Shown here: piece by piece, positions 11,001 to 15,846 of the stretch
Layout: every line of letters begins with the position of its first letter
How positions within the stretch are numbered: the first letter of the stretch is position 1
NCBI RefSeq assembly: GCF_006345805.1
Contig: NW_021825349.1
Span: 1 to 15,846 of the forward strand
From: Octopus sinensis
Taxonomy: Eukaryota
Length of the DNA: 15,846 nt
Reading direction: 5' to 3'
Translations under genes and position numbers: made by a program
The notes under the pieces: generated by a model
What the model was told of the DNA's origin: nothing
The model's input: the letters and a program-made list of their open reading frames with translations, nothing else
The model's database searches: none

Positions 11001-12063
11001 TAGCTTTTCACAAGTCTATTACGCATTAAAAATCCTAGGAAGAGCAAATTTTGACGCTTTAGCAGAATAGGTACATCATAATGTCGGACATTATTCCATT
11101 ATGACAACTAGCTTTTCACAAGTCTTATTACGCATTAAAAATCCTAGGAAGAGCAAATTTTGACGCTTTAGCATAATAGGTACCTCATAATGTCGGACAT
11201 TATTCCATTATGACAACTAGCTTTTCACAAGTCTATTACGCATTAAAAATCCTAGGAAGAGCAAATTTTGACGCTTTAGCAGAATAGGTACCGTCATAAT
11301 GTCGGACATTATTCCATTATGACAACTAGCTTTTCACAAGTCTTATTACGTATTAAAAATCCTAGGAAGAGCAATTTTGACGCTTTAAGCAAATAGGTAC
11401 ATCATAATGTCGGACATTATTCCATTATGACAACTAGCTTTTCACAAGTCTATTACGCATTAAAAATCCTAGGAAGAGCAAATCTTGACGCTTTAGCAGA
11501 ATAGGTACCTCATAATGTCGGACATTATTCCATTATGACAACTAGCTTTTCACAAGTCTATTACGCATTAAAATCCTAGGAAGAGCAAATATTACGCTTT
11601 AGCAGAATAGGTACCTCATAATGTCGGACATTATTCCATATGACAACTAGCTTTTCACAAGTCTATTACGCATTAAAAATCCTAGGAAGAGCAATTTTGA
11701 CGCTTTAGCAGAATAGGTACCTCATAATGTCGGACATTATTCCATTGTGACAACTAGCTTTTCACAATCTATTACGCATTAAAAATCATAGGAAGAGCAA
11801 ATTTTGACGCTTTAGCAAAATAGGTACCTCATAATGTAGGACATTATTCCATTATGACAACTAGCTTTTCACAAGTCTTTTACGCATTAAAAATCCTAGG
11901 AAGAGCAAATTTTGACGCTTTAGCAGAATAGGTACCTCATAATGTCGGACATTATTCCATTGTGACAACTAGCTTTTCACAAGTCTATTACGCATTAAAA
12001 ATCCTAGGAAGAGCAAATTTTGACGCTTTAGCAGAATGTCAGACATTATTCCATTATGACAAC
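8098..12063. repeat. Satellite array: 37 head-to-tail copies of a 108-bp monomer
   Basis: Consensus CACAAGTCTATTACGCATTAAAAATCCTAGGAAGAGCAAATTTTGACGCTTTAGCAGAATAGGTACCTCATAATGTCGGACATTATTCCATTATGACAACTAGCTTTT. The period was measured between equivalent bases at 9702 and 9810 (108 bp). I counted 37 occurrences of the TCCTAGG motif or its variants from 8122 to 12002. There are no unique spacers. Confidence 0.97.
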
Positions 12064-13749
12064 CATCTCTTCACACACACAATAGCACATACGTAAGTAT
12101 ATTCACAAAACATATGATTGGTGATATACAGTAATGCAAAAGGAAAGTGATATAATACCTAAATATGTAGGAATATATCCGGCTTATATGTTTATTAGTT
12201 GCATTCCAAGTTGAGCATTTTCCTATATATTGAAAGGCGTCAATATGCAAAGAGGTCATATTAAAAACATATGATCTACTAAATGGCAAATGATAACTTA
12301 ATGCGATCTGCTTAAAAAAATTTCTGTTTTCTCTGTATGCTGAAATGCTGGTGTTGCAACCATGGCGGTATTCCGTATTGGTGCTGATATTGAATAGAAT
12401 ATCTAAGAATGGATTGTATAAATATAGTATAGAAGAAAGCATCGTTTGATGTTTGTGTGAGTTAAAAATGTAAAAGCTACGAGCATGGAGATATTTCAGA
12501 CTGTTATTGCATAATCATTGATCATAAGCTACTTAATCGAATTCATTATCTTCATATAATATGAAAGAGATTATCGAAATACACTTAGCAAAGAAGAATA
12601 AAAAAAAAGAAAGAAAAGAAAGAAAATTATTGACTGAAGTTATCGTAAAATACATAGGATGATTGCCATTGGCCAGAATTGCTTCAGGATTATATTATTA
12701 GAGAATGGAATGGAAAATATATTTCATAACATACATTATTCTTTTCGAAACGTTTCAAATAACATGCATATAAAATGTAAAGTTTCAATTGACCACATTT
12801 TCTAACATAGTACAATGAATATTTATCTTCTGAAAAACAGAAAATATTTGTGTGTTTTAAACAAATAATAAACATTAAAACATTAACATACACAAGAAAT
12901 TGGTATGTTTATTTTCCTCACCTTCGTAAACTCCATTGTTGGTTCGTTATTCCGTTGTTTGCCTTCTGCCATTTAAACATTTCACTATGAATTATGCAAC
13001 ACTAAATCCGCCCCTAGTTACCGTTAGAAAATTTCAAGATTTTTCTCTCAGGAATGTAATTTTGCCCTTTATTTTCATTTTGATTCTAATTTATTTTTTA
13101 AGCAATGCTTACGTACGCCATTTTTTCTTTGTATATTTTATTTTGTTTCTATCAGAGAAAGAAGTCTTATCTTAGCCAATCATTTTCTTCATGCAATCTT
13201 TTGGATATCTCGAGTGGCAATTTAAAAGAAGTAAAAAAAAAAAAAATAGTAATGATAATAATAAAAATAATAACTACAACTGAAAAAAAAACATCAGAAA
13301 GTAACTCGGTGACATATACTGAAAGCCTTAGAGGAAAAGTAGAGAATGAATAAACAACATGTCTTACAAAAAGATTTTCAAAAGCAGCAACAGGAACAGC
13401 AGCGAAAAAGAAAAAAAAACAGAAAAAAAAAACGAACTGAAAAGAAATAAAAGAGAGAGAAGACACAGGTTGTATTTCATTTGACGACATCACAGTAATT
13501 ATATTATAATACTAATTAAGATTTTTAATTTGATTTAAAACTTAGCGGTCGTCAGATTTTTGTAGATTTCTGAAGAGTAAGAATGTACTGCTGTGTGAAT
13601 TTTTTAAAACTGAGCCTGCAGTCATTCTCTTGAAACATTGATGATGCTTGCGCTTCAATTTAGAGCACGCTATAAGAATTTTCATTAGAAATCCAAAAAC
13701 ACACATAAGAACAGCAAGAGAAAATAACTTTGTCACGAGGAAGCTTTCA

Positions 13750-13954
13750 TAATGATAACAATAGCAACAGCAACAACAACAACAACATCACCACCACCAA
13801 CAACAACAAGGATAACATAAGCAACAACAACGACAACAATAATAGGAAGAAGATAAATAATAATAACAATAATAATGAGTATACTAATAAGAAAACGAAG
13901 AAAAATGGCTACTATTATTATTATTGTTGCCATTATTATTATTATTATTATTAT

Positions 13955-13998
<44 letters not shown>
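13750..13998. repeat. Compound (AAC)n/(AAT)n then (ATT)n/(AGT)n trinucleotide microsatellite
   Basis: Read directly. It produces the poly-N, poly-I, poly-Y and poly-S ORFs. Confidence 0.9.
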
Positions 13999-14126
13999 CT
14001 ATTATTATTATTATTCTATGTTTGACTTATGCTTCATATGTGTACAAGTTGGCTCCAAGTCTCACCCAGAGACCGCAAGAGACAACAGGTTGGAAGTTCA
14101 TGTTGTTGTTATGCCTAGTGTGCCAT
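13999..14126 (-). mobile_element. Probable 3' end (3' UTR plus (AAT)n tail) of an R4/Dong-clade non-LTR retrotransposon
   Basis: A unique ~110-bp segment sits inside ATT repeats. The minus strand reads ATGGCACACTAGGCATAACAAC...GGTCTCTGGGTGAGACTTGGAGCCAAC...AGTCAAACATAGAATAATAAT. The GGTC..TGGG...GACT.GA motif resembles, from memory, Dong/Rex6 3' ends, and Dong elements are known to target TAA repeats. Family assignment is unverified. Confidence 0.45.
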
Positions 14127-14161
14127 CATTATTATTATTTTTATTATTATTATTATTATTA

Positions 14162-14209
<48 letters not shown>

Positions 14210-14224
14210 CATTATTATTATTAT
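14127..14224. repeat. (ATT)n microsatellite
   Basis: Near-perfect ATT run. Confidence 0.95.
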
Positions 14225-14495
14225 AGCGGCGAACTGGCGGAATCGTTAGCACGCCGGGCGAAATGCTTAGCGGTATTTCGTCTGTCTTATGTTCTGAGTT
14301 CAAACTCCGCCGAGGTCGACTTGTTCTTTCATCCTTTCGGGAACAATAAATTAAGTAGCAGTTACGCACTGGGGGGTGATGTAATCGACTATGCCTCTCC
14401 GCCAAATTTCATGCTCTTTGCGTATAGTAGAAAGGATACTTATTATTATTAATTATTATTATTATTATTATTATATTATTATTATTATTATTATT
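14225..14495 (+). mobile_element. tRNA-derived SINE, family 2 (octopus type), with (ATT)n tail
   Basis: Head GCGGCGAACTGGCGGAATCGTTAGCACGCCGGGCG (A-box-like), B-box-like GAGTTCAAACTCC at 14296-14308, body to about 14440, and an (ATT)n tail at 14441-14495. The 5' end is shared with the fragment at 14742. Confidence 0.8.
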
Positions 14496-14572
14496 AGTAG
14501 TAGTAGTAGTAGTCGTAGTAGTAGTAGTAGTAGTAGTAGCAGCAGCAGCAGCAGTAGCAGTAGTAGTAGTAT

Positions 14573-14621
<49 letters not shown>

Positions 14622-14681
14622 TGCAGCAGCAGCAGTAGCAGTAGTAGTAGTAGTAATAGTAGTAGTTGCAGCAGCAGCAGT

Positions 14682-14739
<58 letters not shown>

Positions 14740-14740
14740 T
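14496..14740. repeat. (AGT)n/(AGC)n microsatellite
   Basis: Read directly. It produces the poly-S and poly-T/A ORFs. Confidence 0.95.
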
Positions 14741-14741
14741 T

Positions 14742-14847
14742 GCGGTGATCTGGCAAAATCGTTAGCATGCTTTGTGTGGCCATATTTAGAGATTTACGTT
14801 CCGAGTTTCAGTTTCGATAAAAGTCTGTTTTCTCTTTCTTACCTTCG
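14742..14847 (+). mobile_element. Degraded 5' fragment of SINE family 2
   Basis: GCGGTGATCTGGCAAAATCGTTAGCATGC aligns with GCGGCGAACTGGCGGAATCGTTAGCACGC at 14226, and TTACGTTCCGAGTTTCA resembles TTATGTTCTGAGTTCAA. The 3' boundary is approximate. Confidence 0.6.
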
Positions 14848-14966
14848 TTGTTGTTGCTGTTGTTGTTATTGTGATATCGATGTCATATTTTCATTGTCAT
14901 ATTGATGACGAATTAGTTATACACTTGATTTCACACGTATCATATTTACAAGAGAAGTGCTAATAT

Positions 14967-15178
14967 CGAAGGAGAGGAGCTTTCTCCGTCCGGGTTGCGG
15001 ATCCGTGGAACAAGCTGCCAGACGAGATGGTGAAGATGCCGACGACCGCTTTGTTCAAAGCCTCCCTGGACCTCAAGTGGCCTGAACTCTTTACATGAAC
15101 ACCACCCTGTACTTAACTCCATGTCCCCCTACATGGCCTTGCTATTTGCTTTTGAGCCAAATTAACTAACTAACTAAC
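14967..15178 (+). mobile_element. 5'-truncated CR1-clade LINE 3' end (ORF2 C-terminus, 3' UTR, (CTAA)n tail)
   Basis: 14967-15098 translates to RRRGAFSVRVADPWNKLPDEMVKMPTTALFKASLDLKWPELFT*, matching the CR1 ORF2 terminal motif FSxRVxxxWNxLPxxxV......FKxxLD..W. An ~65-bp UTR and a TAAC repeat tail (15163-15178) follow. Confidence 0.9.
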
Positions 15179-15296
15179 ATCCATGTGTAAAAGTGATGAA
15201 AGTTAATACAAAAACAAAATACTTGAGGATATATCTCAAGGGAGCTCTCTACGACCTAAATGAACACACGGAAACATTTCATATGTCTCTCTCTCT

Positions 15297-15542
15297 CTTT
15301 TACTCTTTTATTCTTTTACTTGTTTCAGTCGTGTGACTGCGGCCATGCTGGAGCACCTCTTTAAGTCGAGCAAATCGACCCCAGGACTTATTCTTTCGTA
15401 AGCCTAGTACTTATTCTATCGGTCTCTTTTGCCGAACCGCTAAGTTACGGGGACGTAAACACACCAGCATCGGTTGTCAAGCGATGTTGGGGTGGGGTGA
15501 GGACAAACACAGACACACAAACAAACACACACACTCACACTC

Positions 15543-15579
<37 letters not shown>

Positions 15580-15745
15580 CACGACGAGCTTCTTTCAGTT
15601 TCCGTCTTCCAAATCCACTCACAAGGCTTTGGTCGGCCCGAGGCTATAGTAGAAGAGACTTGCCCAAGGTGTCACGCAGTGGGACTGAACGCAGAACTAT
15701 GTAGTTGGTAAGCAAGCTACTTACCACACAGCCACTCTTGCGCCT
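15297..15745 (-). mobile_element. SINE family 1, copy D, full length
   Basis: Minus-strand head AGGCGCAAGAGTGGCTGTGTGGTAAGTAGC at 15745, followed by the core, an internal (TA)/(TG) tract, the 3' block and a tail GTAAAAGAATAAAAGAGTAAAAGAG. Confidence 0.92.
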
Positions 15746-15846
15746 ATAATATACTAAGTTTAAATTAACTTGATTAATTGGTTTCAGTAGAATGATTTAT
15801 AGAAACCTTTCATCACAGACCCCCAAGACCTCTTCAGTGACTCTCC

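Noticed and set aside
8098-12063. CRISPR array interpretation of the regular repeat with palindromes
   Set aside because: Monomers are contiguous and near-identical over the full 108 bp with no unique spacers. There are no cas genes and the context is eukaryotic.
8098-12063. Hammerhead or retrozyme-type ribozyme satellite
   Set aside because: Neither strand of the monomer contains the CUGANGA and GAAA core.
8098-12063. Tandem exon-intron array (acceptor TTTTCACAAG|, donor AG|GTACCT)
   Set aside because: It would give 56-nt exons (not a multiple of 3, rotating into stop-containing frames) and 52-nt introns, and the donor is weak.
13730-14783. Poly-N, poly-I, poly-Y, poly-S and poly-T ORFs
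   Set aside because: They are translations of trinucleotide microsatellites and SINE sequence.

Overview
AT-rich eukaryotic non-coding or intronic DNA. The SINE families and dense (TA)n/(TG)n/(ATT)n/(AGT)n/(CAC)n microsatellites point to an octopus (coleoid cephalopod) genome; this is recognition from memory, not a search result. No intact protein-coding gene, RNA gene or CRISPR array is supported, and nearly all listed ORFs are by-products of simple repeats. Supported content: (1) a 15-bp minisatellite with nested higher-order duplications (701-1508) grading into CAC/CAT low complexity; (2) four copies of a tRNA-headed, microsatellite-containing SINE and two copies of a second tRNA-derived SINE; (3) a ~400-bp MITE-like element with 58-bp inverted repeats (3177-3575); (4) a decayed Penelope-like GIY-YIG endonuclease region on the minus strand (6488-6910) that the ORF track misses; (5) a ~4-kb satellite of 37 copies of a 108-bp, dyad-rich monomer (8098-12063); (6) 3' ends of a CR1-clade LINE and probably an R4/Dong-clade LINE. 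A few weak candidate exons or ORFs are flagged. I found no clearly new biological system. The strongest leads are the dyad-dense satellite, the MITE with an adjacent possible transposon ORF remnant, and the Penelope remnant.
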